From Oscillospiraceae bacterium (GTDB lineage: Bacteria > Bacillota > Clostridia > Oscillospirales > UBA929): DNA of 32,020 nucleotides. The translations under genes and the position numbers were made by a program. The DNA lies in assembly GCA_009777685.1 (NCBI GenBank), contig WRLJ01000001.1:1-32020 (forward strand). Direction: 5' to 3'. Below, in pieces: positions 1 to 8,445 of the stretch. Below the pieces are notes generated by a model. It saw only the letters and a list, made by a program, of their open reading frames with translations. It was not told the origin of the DNA and did not search any database. The first letter of the stretch is position 1. Every line of letters starts with the position of its first letter.

Positions 1-246
1 ATGGCCGGGCAGTCTGAGCAGCATTCCGCTGAGCCAGCCGCACCGGCATTCATACCGGAACAGCGTGACGATATCCGGTATCCCCGCCCATTCGCCGGAA
101 TCCGTCTCCGCCGGCCGAGGCGCGTTTTTGTGCTTTTTTTTCACAGTCCCACCTCTCATCCCCGGGCAAGAGCATGTACTTTGACAAGAGGGCGCGGACG
201 GCAGATTGCCGCCCCCGCGACCTCCAGCAAGAGGGTTTTTCCTGCG

Positions 247-545
247 TAGGGACGCCATATATGGCGTCCGCCGTTTCCCCCGACGCGCAAAATGGGGAAA
301 CACGGCGCGATGCGGGCATCGCGCCCTACGGCGTGTGCGGCCAGGCAAACGCGGTGCCGGACGCCATATATGGCGTCCCTACAGGGTGTGTGCAATCCCC
401 CGGACACGGCACGCCGTGTCCCTACACATTTATATGCCCTGATGATTGACGGAATAGGGTTTTTTGTAGGCCGGCCAAATCGTTCCGCCGTAGGGACACG
501 GCGTGCCGTGTCCGGGCGTGCCGTGTCCGGGCGTGCCGTATTACG
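247..545. repeat. Cluster of REP-like palindromic elements: GTAGGGACGCCATATATGGCGTCC and its inverted copy, plus GGACACGGC..GCCGTGTCC hairpins with a tandem GGGCGTGCCGTGTCC
   Basis: The perfect 20-nt palindrome GGACGCCATATATGGCGTCC occurs at 250-269 and 359-378. The flanks GTAG(247-250)/CTAC(379-382) make the two copies a 24-nt inverted pair. GTTTCCCC..GGGGAAAC hairpin lies between them. GGACACGGC-AC-GCCGTGTCC is at about 402-421, and GTAGGGACACGGCGTGCCGTGTCC followed by a GGGCGTGCCGTGTCC duplication is at about 491-535. The region lies 3' of the minus-strand cvpA-like gene. Confidence 0.7.
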
Positions 546-559
546 CGGGACACGCGCAA

Positions 560-1216
560 TCAGTTCCCGGCCATAAACATCCGCAGCAGAACGGTGTTGT
601 CCATCGTCTCCGCCCCAATCAGACTCGTAAAGCTCAGAACATACACGACAATCCACACAATGGCCCCGCCCTTGATCAGCCCCCCGGCAACGCCGCCGAT
701 TTTGTTGACCGTGTTCAAAACCGGCAGCTTGGCAACCGTGTCAAGCAGGCGGGCCGCAAACAGCAGGGCCAGCAGGAGGACCAAAAACGCGGCCAAAAAC
801 GTAAGCCCCCGGGCAATGGTCTCCGTGAGGGCGGAGGTCAGCGCGGTTTGGAGCGTTTGCCCGGTCTGGTCGATGTACCCGGCGACGGACGCGGCAAACC
901 GCTGGGCGTTGTTCTGGTTGAAGCCCAGCGCGGTCAGCAGCTCAACGGCGAAGGTTTCGGTGACCGCGCCCGCTTCCGCGGCGACGTTCAGGGAGCTGTC
1001 CTCAATTCTGAGATCCACCCAGCCGCTGACGAACGGCTCGATCAGCCCCTCCACGCGCGGGGAGAGGGCGTTTGCCGTGAAGTGCGCGCCGACCAGGGAC
1101 AGCGCCAGCGTCAGCGCCCCGGCCACCGCCATGATCAATCCCGTTTTCAGCCCGCGGGCCCCAAAGAACAGGATTGTGCCGAGAATCAGCGCGTCGATGA
1201 TGAGATACGGGGACAT
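560..1216 (-). CDS. cvpA: CvpA-family integral membrane protein (colicin V production protein-like)
   Basis: 218-aa ORF with about 4-5 hydrophobic helices. The N-terminus MSPYLIIDALILGTILFFGARGLKTGLI is typical of CvpA family proteins. RBS GAGGAGG lies upstream of the ATG at 1216. Confidence 0.55.
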   Translation of the reverse strand: MSPYLIIDALILGTILFFGARGLKTGLIMAVAGALTLALSLVGAHFTANALSPRVEGLIEPFVSGWVDLRIEDSSLNVAAEAGAVTETFAVELLTALGFNQNNAQRFAASVAGYIDQTGQTLQTALTSALTETIARGLTFLAAFLVLLLALLFAARLLDTVAKLPVLNTVNKIGGVAGGLIKGGAIVWIVVYVLSFTSLIGAETMDNTVLLRMFMAGN

Positions 1217-1267
1217 AAGCAGCCTCCTCTTGGCGGAGCGGAACGCTTCATTCCGCCCCGTCTGATT

Positions 1268-2887
1268 TTATGGAATCGCGCCGGTTCCCTTGTAGCGCAG
1301 TACAAGCATGGTGATATCGTCGGCTTGCTCCGCGCCCTCGGCGAATCGGTCGATCTCGCGTTTGACGGATACCGTAAAGTCCTGCAAGGACAGCCCCCCA
1401 GAGCCGTCCGATACCAGCCGGTTTGCCGTTTCCAGCAAGCGGGGGTCGGAAAACAGGCTGTTTTCGCGGTTGACCGCCTCGGTCACCCCGTCTGTATACA
1501 GAAACAGCTCGCCGCCGGGAACCAGGGTGGTTTCATGCGGCGTATACCGCATATCCTCCATGCCGGCCAGGACAAACCCGACCTTGGAGGTCAGCCAGCC
1601 GAACTGCCCGCCGGACCGCAGCAGCGGCGGGTTGTGCCCGGCGTTGACGAAGTCGAGCCTGCCGGTGGGGATATCGAGATAGCCCATGAACGCCGTAACG
1701 AACATGCCCGCCTCGTTGCCCTCGCACAGCAGATTGTTGACGGTCTCAAAGACCTCCCTGGGGCTTTTGCCGGACTGGGCGTTGTTTTTAATCAGCGTCT
1801 TGGCGATGACCATAAACAGCGCGGCGGGGATGCCCTTCCCCGACACGTCGGCCATGACCAGGGCCAGGGTGTTTTCGTCGATGAAGAAGAAGTCGTAGAA
1901 GTCGCCGCCCACTTCCTTGGCGGGCTGCATACTGGCATAGAGGTCAAACTCGGAACGCTCGGGGAAGGCGGGGAAGATGCCCGGCAGCATACTGGCCTGA
2001 ATCTGCGTGGCGACGTTCAGCTCGGTGGCAATCCGCTCCCGGTCGGCGGTGACGGCCGCCAGGTTTTTCATGTAGAGCCGGATATCGCCCGCCATGCGGT
2101 TAAAGCTCTCCGCCATCGTTTGCAGCTCATCGCCGGTGCGCGGGACCCCGAAGGCCCGCAGCTGCCCGTCCTCGGAGCTGAAGCCCTCCATGTGGCGCGA
2201 CAGGCGCACGACGGGGCGCAGAATCTGGCGGTGTATGAGCAGCAGAAGGACGGCCAGAAACACCAGGACGATGCCGAGGGTCAGCAGCAGGAGCCGCACG
2301 GTTTGCAGCGTGATTTCGCGCAGAATACGGTCCATCGAGATATCGGCCCCCACCACCGCGGTGATGGCGCCGCCGGCCGTGTACACGGGCGCGTAGGCGG
2401 ACGCCAGCCAGCCGTATTCGCTGTTGGTGACGACCGCGCCCTCCGTGGCGCGCCCGGTCAGGTAGGTGTCCAGGACGATCCCATAGACCTCGTCCTCGCC
2501 GGACTCCTCGCCCAGCCCGGCAATCAGCGCGGCGTCGCCGCCCTCGGAGAGAATGTCAAATATGTAAACGCAGTTGTTGACCTCCGTATCGGGCCTGACG
2601 ACATACAGGTAGCTCAGCCCGAAAACGCCCTTCAATTCCGTCAGCAGCGCGTAGGCCGCCTCATACTCGCCGTCCGCGCCGTTTTGCAGATAGCCCTCCA
2701 CGCTGTCCCCGTTGACCAGCGCGGACGCCGCCCGGGCCGCGCTGAGGGCCAGCTCGGTGTACCGCTCCTCCACCTGCCTGTAGCTGATGGAATAGACGGC
2801 ATACCCGACGCTCAGCGACAGCAGCAGTCCCATCGCGACAAAAACGGCGGTCATTTTCCCTTTAACGCCCAGCTTAATCGTTTTCAT
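1268..2887 (-). CDS. Membrane sensor PP2C/SpoIIE-family serine phosphatase (N-terminal TM, extracytoplasmic Cache-like domain, TM, HAMP, PP2C)
   Basis: The start was trimmed to the ATG at 2887 (MKTIKLGVKGKMTAVFVAMG.., signal/TM). HAMP-like segment is HRQILRPVVRLSRHMEGF...MAESFNRMAGDI. PP2C/SpoIIE motifs are GGDFYDFF, ADVSGKGIPAALFM, NAGHNPP and LYTDGVTEA. Confidence 0.85.
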   Translation of the reverse strand: MKTIKLGVKGKMTAVFVAMGLLLSLSVGYAVYSISYRQVEERYTELALSAARAASALVNGDSVEGYLQNGADGEYEAAYALLTELKGVFGLSYLYVVRPDTEVNNCVYIFDILSEGGDAALIAGLGEESGEDEVYGIVLDTYLTGRATEGAVVTNSEYGWLASAYAPVYTAGGAITAVVGADISMDRILREITLQTVRLLLLTLGIVLVFLAVLLLLIHRQILRPVVRLSRHMEGFSSEDGQLRAFGVPRTGDELQTMAESFNRMAGDIRLYMKNLAAVTADRERIATELNVATQIQASMLPGIFPAFPERSEFDLYASMQPAKEVGGDFYDFFFIDENTLALVMADVSGKGIPAALFMVIAKTLIKNNAQSGKSPREVFETVNNLLCEGNEAGMFVTAFMGYLDIPTGRLDFVNAGHNPPLLRSGGQFGWLTSKVGFVLAGMEDMRYTPHETTLVPGGELFLYTDGVTEAVNRENSLFSDPRLLETANRLVSDGSGGLSLQDFTVSVKREIDRFAEGAEQADDITMLVLRYKGTGAIP

Positions 2888-3455
2888 CGCCCACCTCCGG
2901 TATTTCAGCCAGGTATATCTCAGCGGCGCACACACACGCTTCCCCGCAAACGGGGCAGTGGAAGCCCATCGCGTGAAGGTCCCTGTAGAAGTTTTCGTAC
3001 CGCCCCAGGCGGATGCCCCCGTCAAACGCGGCAAAGACCTTGCGCGCCGGCGCGCTGCCGTCCGGGTAAATCCAAAACTCGTTTAAGGCCAGCTCCGCGC
3101 CCCGGCGGCGCAGTTCCGCGATCATGGCCGCGCAGAGCCTGCCCGCCAGACCGAGGCGGCGGTACTCCCGCTTGACCGCGACCGTGTCCCCGGTGTATAC
3201 GGTCCGGCCCTCCGACAGACGCCCGATCCGGGCGGCCAGCTCCGGGGGGCATCCCGGCAGGGCGATGCCCTTCACATAGACGAGCGCGCCGGCAAACATA
3301 CCGCCGACCGTACACTTCAGCGCGATATTGTCCGGGCTGGCCAGCACCCGTTCAAAATGCGGGCGGACCCCTTTGCCGTAGAACAGGGCCTCCTCATTGA
3401 GGGCCACCAGGTCATCCAGGTCGGCAAGCGTCGCGTGCGAGATGTCGGCGTTCAT
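2874..3455 (-). CDS. GNAT-family N-acetyltransferase with a C-terminal CPxCG Cys cluster
   Basis: The start was trimmed to the ATG at 3455 (MNADISHATLADLDDLVALNEE). The acetyl-CoA binding-like motif is VAVKREYRRLGLAGRLCAAM. The C-terminus has HCPVCGEACVC. There is a 4-bp ATGA overlap with the upstream gene stop and a 14-bp overlap with the downstream PP2C start. Confidence 0.75.
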   Translation of the reverse strand: MNADISHATLADLDDLVALNEEALFYGKGVRPHFERVLASPDNIALKCTVGGMFAGALVYVKGIALPGCPPELAARIGRLSEGRTVYTGDTVAVKREYRRLGLAGRLCAAMIAELRRRGAELALNEFWIYPDGSAPARKVFAAFDGGIRLGRYENFYRDLHAMGFHCPVCGEACVCAAEIYLAEIPEVGDEND

Positions 3456-6382
3456 GCGTTCCCTCCCCTGGCCCCCCGGCCCAGCAGAGCAAAGAGCAGG
3501 AACAGCGCGGCGGAGACCAGCCCGATCACCCAGGCCGCCAGCCGGTAGCCCAGCGCCAGCGCCGCGCCGAACAGCAGCGGCCCCGCCGTTTGCGAGAGAT
3601 TGTCCAGCAAGGAGTATATGCCCATGGACTTCCCGGTCCCAAACGCCTTTACCGCGCGGATTGAGGAGAAATACACCCCCTGCGCCACATAGCCGAAGCA
3701 GGCGGCGGCGCTCATCATAAACACGGCGGCGGCGGCGCTCTGAAACGAGGGCCGCAGCGCGAACAGAATCAGCCCGGCGGCGCACAGGCCGCCCGCGAGG
3801 AGGTTGGTTCTCTTCCCCCCCAGCCGTTTCAGCAGGGCGGCGGACAGGGCGGGCGCGATAAAGATACCGGCCGCGCCGGAGAACAGGAGCGCCTGGCCGA
3901 TGCCGACCTCGGAAACGCCCTGCTCGCTGGCGTACAGGGGAAAGGCGAACTCGCGGAAATACAGGATGACCATAAAGGGCGACATCATAAACAGCAAGAA
4001 GGAAAACACGCTCTTGTCACGCAGAAACCGCGCCAGACCCATTTCCTTTTCCTCCAGGGCCTCCATCTGCGCGCTGAGCGACAGCCCGAAACTCCGGGGC
4101 GCGCTCTTGAAGGCAAGCCACAGCGCGGGGAGCAGCGCCGCCGCCGACAGCAGGAAGGTCAGGGCATAGCCGCCCGCCTGGGCGGCGTAAGCGCCCGCCG
4201 ACGTGCCCGCCACGATGCCGGCGACCATGCCGATGTTGACGCCGGAAAACAGGGCGCTCTTCCGCCGTTCCTCCTCATAGGCGGCCGGAAGCGTGTTGCC
4301 CGCCACCACCACCACGCCCAGGCCGGCCCCGGAAAGGCTCAGTCCGGCGATCAGCAGCGCGTAATGGTTCATCGTCACGGCGGCGGCGGTGAGGAAGAGC
4401 CCGGCGATTTCCGTCACCGTCCCGCACACGAGCGAGAGGTTCATGCCCAGCCGGTCAATCAGCACGCCGCCCGCCACCGCCGCGATGGCCACAAAGAACA
4501 GCTTGGCGGACAGCGGCAGGGCCGCGCCCATCGACAGCGACCACCCCAGCCCGGAATCGGAGAAGATGCGGCCCGAAAGCTGCGGGATAAACGCCGTGCA
4601 GGCGCTGTCGGCCAGAAACGCCAGGAAGATGAGCGGCCGGATCAGCTCCGGGACATAGCGGCCCTTCCCCGAAAGCCGCCGCAGGGCGGACAAAGGCTCA
4701 AGGATGGCGGAGACCTCGGAAAACACCAGGATGAACATCACCAGCAAAACGGCGGTGGACAGGGCGATGTCCCGAATCTGCCGCTGGGTGCGCAGGGCCG
4801 CCGTGTCCAGATTGTATCCCATTTCGACCAATCCGGCAATCGCGCCCTCCGAGCTGAAGACCGGCGCGGCGGCATACGTCCACGACCCGTTGACATCGGA
4901 AAAGCTCTCAAACAGATAGGGCGCGCGCCCCTCAAAGACGTCGCTCCAGCCCTCGGAAATTTCAGCGATGGGGTACATCACGCCCACCGTGTCCTCGTAG
5001 TCCAGCACGGAATACACCACGCCGTCCACGACCTTGTGCAGGACATAGTACAGATAGCCGCCCTGCTCGTACGCCGTTTCGCAGATCGGGTCCAGCGCGG
5101 CGCGGACGCGGTGATAGGCCGGGCCGCCGTAGTCCTCCGGCGCGTTCAGGGAGGCAAAATCATCGCCGATCGTCATGCCGGAAATGCCGCTGACGGCCAG
5201 CGTCATCTGCGTGATGCTAAACTCCTTTTCCTGGGCCTCGGTCTGGATCGACGCGCTGAAGATACTGGCCGCCACGATCACCGAGGTCAGCGTGACGGAA
5301 ATAATGATGATGAACAGATACTTCGACTGGCCGACGCCGCCCTTCAGGACGCGCAGGCCCAGACGCCCCAGCAGGAACAGGACCGCGGCGGCCGACGCCG
5401 CCGCCAGCAGCCAGACCAGAAGCCGCCGCAGGAAATACTCCGCGGTGTATTCCGCCGAATCCCCGGCAAACCGCGTCTCTCCCCCGGCGGAGACCTGGTA
5501 AACGCTCTGGCCGTCGGTGAAGCTGACCAGCCCGGTTTCGTCCGTGTCCAGCCGGAAGATAATTCCATCTCCCTCGAAAAACACGGAGCCGTCGGCGCGG
5601 ACGATGCTCTGCGAGGCCAAGTCGGTGATGTACAAAGAGCCGCTTCCGTCCGGCGCGGCCTCGCGCGGGATCCAGCCCGCCCGTCCCAGGCCGTCCAGCG
5701 CCGCCAGCCCGCCCGCCGCGTCCTCCGCGTAAATCACGCCGTCCTTGCTGACCGCGTATAGGGTATCCCCAAAGGCGTCATAGACGGCGCCGTACAGGTA
5801 CGGGGCGTTTTCGGCGGACACCGAGCGCAGGAGCGCGGGGGTTTCCCCGGCCAGGCTGTTCACCAGGCTGTACAGCTCCAGCGCGCCGTCACGGGCCATC
5901 AGGAAGGTCAGGCGGCCGTCATGGGAGCGCAAATCCAATATATTGCCATGCTGGAACGGCTTTTCCTCTTCGTAGGGCCGCTCGAACAGGACCGTTTCAA
6001 AGCGCCCGCCGGCGGAGAAGCGCAAAATCCGCTCCGTCTCGACCCGCGTGCTTCCTTCCTCGTATTTCACATCGGCGATGTAAATTTTTCCGCCGTGCGC
6101 GGCGGTATGCTCGGCGTAGAAAAACCCTCCGGTTTCCTTGGCCCCGGTGATGGCGGCGCTGACCTTATGCCCGCTGAGAACCGTCACGCGGGTCTTGCCG
6201 CCGTCTGTCACCAGCAGCAAGTTCCCGGCGGTGACCGCGTGGGAAGGGTCGGCGAAAACCCGTCCCCGGTCAAAGGGGTTTTCCGCCAGCCGCTCACGCC
6301 CGGCGAAGACCGTCAGCAGCGCCGCGGCCAGGAGCGCGCCCGCAATATATACCGCCCGTTTCCGTGGGTTTCGGATTGCCAT
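3452..6382 (-). CDS. Large fusion protein: N-terminal TM, ~300 aa beta-propeller-like extracytoplasmic domain, TM, Cache-like domain, and a C-terminal MFS-type 12-TM transporter
   Basis: 976-aa ORF with RBS GAGGTG 8 nt before the ATG at 6382. The N-terminal region has repeated strand-like segments (GKIYIADV, GSLYITDL, LYAVSKDGVIY). The middle has a Cache-like pattern (GGYLYYVLHKVVDGVVYSVLDYED...WTYAAAPVFSSEGAIAGLVEMGYNL). The C-terminal ~430 aa is polytopic and Gly/Ala-rich, MFS-like (LIDRLG, LLKRLGGKRT loop motifs). Confidence 0.7.
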   Translation of the reverse strand: MAIRNPRKRAVYIAGALLAAALLTVFAGRERLAENPFDRGRVFADPSHAVTAGNLLLVTDGGKTRVTVLSGHKVSAAITGAKETGGFFYAEHTAAHGGKIYIADVKYEEGSTRVETERILRFSAGGRFETVLFERPYEEEKPFQHGNILDLRSHDGRLTFLMARDGALELYSLVNSLAGETPALLRSVSAENAPYLYGAVYDAFGDTLYAVSKDGVIYAEDAAGGLAALDGLGRAGWIPREAAPDGSGSLYITDLASQSIVRADGSVFFEGDGIIFRLDTDETGLVSFTDGQSVYQVSAGGETRFAGDSAEYTAEYFLRRLLVWLLAAASAAAVLFLLGRLGLRVLKGGVGQSKYLFIIIISVTLTSVIVAASIFSASIQTEAQEKEFSITQMTLAVSGISGMTIGDDFASLNAPEDYGGPAYHRVRAALDPICETAYEQGGYLYYVLHKVVDGVVYSVLDYEDTVGVMYPIAEISEGWSDVFEGRAPYLFESFSDVNGSWTYAAAPVFSSEGAIAGLVEMGYNLDTAALRTQRQIRDIALSTAVLLVMFILVFSEVSAILEPLSALRRLSGKGRYVPELIRPLIFLAFLADSACTAFIPQLSGRIFSDSGLGWSLSMGAALPLSAKLFFVAIAAVAGGVLIDRLGMNLSLVCGTVTEIAGLFLTAAAVTMNHYALLIAGLSLSGAGLGVVVVAGNTLPAAYEEERRKSALFSGVNIGMVAGIVAGTSAGAYAAQAGGYALTFLLSAAALLPALWLAFKSAPRSFGLSLSAQMEALEEKEMGLARFLRDKSVFSFLLFMMSPFMVILYFREFAFPLYASEQGVSEVGIGQALLFSGAAGIFIAPALSAALLKRLGGKRTNLLAGGLCAAGLILFALRPSFQSAAAAVFMMSAAACFGYVAQGVYFSSIRAVKAFGTGKSMGIYSLLDNLSQTAGPLLFGAALALGYRLAAWVIGLVSAALFLLFALLGRGARGGNA

Positions 6383-6417
6383 GCCCTTCGCACCTCGTAT
6401 GTTTATTCTGGGGGCTT

Positions 6418-6843
6418 TCAGAGCTTTTTTCGTATGAGAAGGATGTTTTCACTGTTTTCGTAACGGTATTCCGCATGGTCCGTCAGCTTCTTGACGATGA
6501 AGATCCCCAGCCCGCCGATCTCCCGCTCTTCCACGGGCAGCGACGTGTCCGGGTCCGGCCTGGCCAGAGGGTCATACGGGGTTCCGCCGTCCCGAAACTC
6601 GGCTTCAAAGATGTCCGGCCCGGCCGTCAGGCGGACGCGAACCTCCCCCTCCCCGCCCGGGTAGGAATAACTCGCGATGTTGATGAATATTTCCTCCGCC
6701 GCGATCAGCATCGCGTTTTGGCCGTCCTCGTCCATCCCCGCCTCCCGCGCCGCGCCGCCCACAAACGCAAGCAGGTCCTCCAGGCGGTCACGCCGCGCGG
6801 GAATCGCAAGATGCCAATGGACGGCATCATATAAATCTTTCAC
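6418..6843 (-). CDS. RsbW/SpoIIAB-like anti-sigma regulatory factor (serine protein kinase, HATPase_c_2)
   Basis: 141 aa with a GTG start at 6843. N-box-like AAEEIFINIASYSY, G1-like FRDGGTPYDP and G2-like EIGGLGIFIVKKL. The size and architecture are typical of partner-switching kinases. Confidence 0.8.
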   Translation of the reverse strand: MKDLYDAVHWHLAIPARRDRLEDLLAFVGGAAREAGMDEDGQNAMLIAAEEIFINIASYSYPGGEGEVRVRLTAGPDIFEAEFRDGGTPYDPLARPDPDTSLPVEEREIGGLGIFIVKKLTDHAEYRYENSENILLIRKKL

Positions 6844-6855
6844 ACAAATCCCCCG

Positions 6856-8181
6856 CTAACCCTCGCAGGCAAAATAACTGAACATATCCCCGCCGCCGTT
6901 CCGCCGGACCGCGGCGTCGATAAAGCCCGCCGTGGTATCCAGCGCCTGGGTCAGCCCGGCGACCGTTACCGGCCCGCCCGCCTCCCGCAGTCCCTTCAGC
7001 CGGTAAAACAGCGCGTCACGGGATACGTCGGTGATGGCTTCCATCTCCGCGGTAAAGTCCTCGATGCCCTTCCGCAGATACGCGTACGCCTCGTCCGCCG
7101 ACTTCGCGGCCAGCAGCTTCGACAGCGCCAGCGAGTCCAGGTTCATCTTCTCAAAGTTCTGCGCCCTCGCCGTCGCGGAGATGTTCAAGCGGACAATCAC
7201 GCCCAGGATCATCTTGTTCAGCAGCCCCTGGTTGAGGTCCTTGCGCCCCCGGAAGACCTCAAAGAGATCGTCCAAATACCGGATCGCGGTTTCCGCGTCG
7301 CCGTCCATCGTCGCCTCAATCAGCCGCCGCTCCTTGTGGTCCGGGTAGGCGTATTCGATGTCGCCGGCGTGCAGATAGTCGATGTGGATGACGTTGTTAT
7401 GCCCGAAAATCTGCGTGGCCCGGCAGGCGCGGTCCGCTTCCCGGCGGCTGATATGCAGCTCGCCGGCCTTGTTCCGCGTCCGGCCGATCCCAATGGAGAA
7501 CATGGCGTCGGTTTCCCGGAACAGCCGGAGGCGAATCTCGTTGGCCACTGACAGGGTATGCTCCTTGATGGGCGATTTGTCCAAAATCAAGTAAAACTCG
7601 CTGGCGTCAGAGGCAAGCAAGCGAACGGCCTTGAGGTCGGACGCCGCCCGCCGCAAGGTCCGCAGGACCTCCTCCCGGTAGGAATCCGAGGAGACGCACA
7701 AAACGGCATACCCCGGCGTCCAGTCAAACGACTGGGCCAGCAGGACGGCCGCCTCCTCGTGGGTCAGGAAATGGCTCTTCATCAGCAGCCGCAGGGTCCG
7801 CTCCCCCTCCGCCTCCGGGTCGGGCGCGGGGGCGGGCGGCGGCGGCGCCACCTTGCCGCAATCCTTCAAGGCCGACGCAAAGCTCCGGGTGAGCGTGACC
7901 CTCGGGATGCGGGACAGGATCAGCGCCTTCGGCACGTCCCCCACCACCATCAGCTTAACGCGCGGAAAAAATGAAATGACCGCCCGCAAGACCGGAATGG
8001 CCTTCTCGTCCACAAGATTGGCCGCGCATAACAGAATATGCGCCTTCTCGCGCGCCAGCAGGCGCACCATCTCCGAGAGCGTAAGGCACTCCGGCAAAAC
8101 GGCCAGCCCTTCCTTTCTCAGGCTGTCCCGCCACATCCTCCCCTCGGGGGCTTTCCGGTTGGCAACAAGAACACTTTGCAT
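6856..8181 (-). CDS. Regulator with a pseudo-receiver N-terminal domain, a degenerate GGDEF-like middle domain and a C-terminal half AraC-like HTH
   Basis: The start was trimmed to the ATG at 8181 (MQSVLVANRK). The receiver-like fold has no acidic phospho-acceptor at the expected position (HILLCAANLVDEK). The GGDEF-like block reads YAVLCVSSDSY...RLLASDASEFYLIL...MFSIGIGR...READRACRATQIFGHNNV, with SDASEF replacing GGDEF. The C-terminus TVAGLTQALDTTAGFIDAAVRRNGGGDMFSYF resembles one AraC-type HTH. Confidence 0.5.
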   Translation of the reverse strand: MQSVLVANRKAPEGRMWRDSLRKEGLAVLPECLTLSEMVRLLAREKAHILLCAANLVDEKAIPVLRAVISFFPRVKLMVVGDVPKALILSRIPRVTLTRSFASALKDCGKVAPPPPAPAPDPEAEGERTLRLLMKSHFLTHEEAAVLLAQSFDWTPGYAVLCVSSDSYREEVLRTLRRAASDLKAVRLLASDASEFYLILDKSPIKEHTLSVANEIRLRLFRETDAMFSIGIGRTRNKAGELHISRREADRACRATQIFGHNNVIHIDYLHAGDIEYAYPDHKERRLIEATMDGDAETAIRYLDDLFEVFRGRKDLNQGLLNKMILGVIVRLNISATARAQNFEKMNLDSLALSKLLAAKSADEAYAYLRKGIEDFTAEMEAITDVSRDALFYRLKGLREAGGPVTVAGLTQALDTTAGFIDAAVRRNGGGDMFSYFACEG

Positions 8182-8289
8182 AATCCCGCGTTCACTCCTG
8201 TCAGGTTTTAACTTTGCGGTAACAGCATACACCCGCAGATATACACGTGCCAGTATACAGCAGGAAAAAATTAGAAACCACCGCCCAGG

Positions 8290-8307
8290 GGGGAAATGGA
8301 TTTCCCC
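8290..8307. promoter_or_regulatory. Perfect 8+2+8 palindrome GGGGAAAT-GG-ATTTCCCC in the divergent intergenic region (candidate operator)
   Basis: Read directly from the sequence. It lies between the divergently transcribed regulator (start 8181, minus) and the sigma factor gene (start 8446, plus). Confidence 0.3.
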
Positions 8308-8445
8308 GAACCGCGTTTCCTTTCGTTCCCCCGGCTGAAAATCCAGCGAATCCCTTCCCCCCTGGGATGTGTTTTTTGCGCCTCGTTTCCGTTACGATAC
8401 AATTGCGCGTGCGCGGAGCGCCGCTCGCGTAGGGGAGGGTGCGCC

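Noticed and set aside
1-249. 82-aa ORF starting at position 1, and a possible terminator-like T-run at 125-146
   Set aside because: The translation is Arg/Pro-rich with no motif and runs into the REP-like region. The sequence before the T-run forms only a weak 4-bp stem. There is not enough evidence for a gene or a terminator at the window edge.
503-3175. 890-aa plus-strand ORF spanning the cvpA-like, PP2C and GNAT region
   Set aside because: It is antisense to three well-supported minus-strand genes with clear family motifs. The translation is Arg/Gly/Pro/Gln-rich low complexity with no RBS, which is the typical long shadow ORF of GC-rich DNA.
2874-3785. Full 303-aa version of the GNAT ORF, and similarly the long forms of the PP2C (to 3034), regulator (to 8232), sigma (from 8296), surface protein (from 11340), lipoprotein (to 30813) and PIN-like (to 31588) ORFs
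   Set aside because: The N-terminal extensions overlap upstream genes or intergenic DNA, are Arg/Gly-rich and lack RBSs. Internal starts with good RBSs, signal peptides or coupled overlaps were chosen instead.
4364-5761. 465-aa plus-strand ORF inside the MFS fusion gene. The same class includes 11436-12911(-), 14468-15592(-), 16941-17537(-), 17966-18697(-), 19421-20929(-), 24408-25007(-), 26357-27418(-), 28445-29215(-) and 29626-30666(+).
   Set aside because: All are antisense to better-supported genes, lack RBSs and give Arg/Gly/His/Asp-rich translations without motifs. They were treated as non-coding shadow frames.
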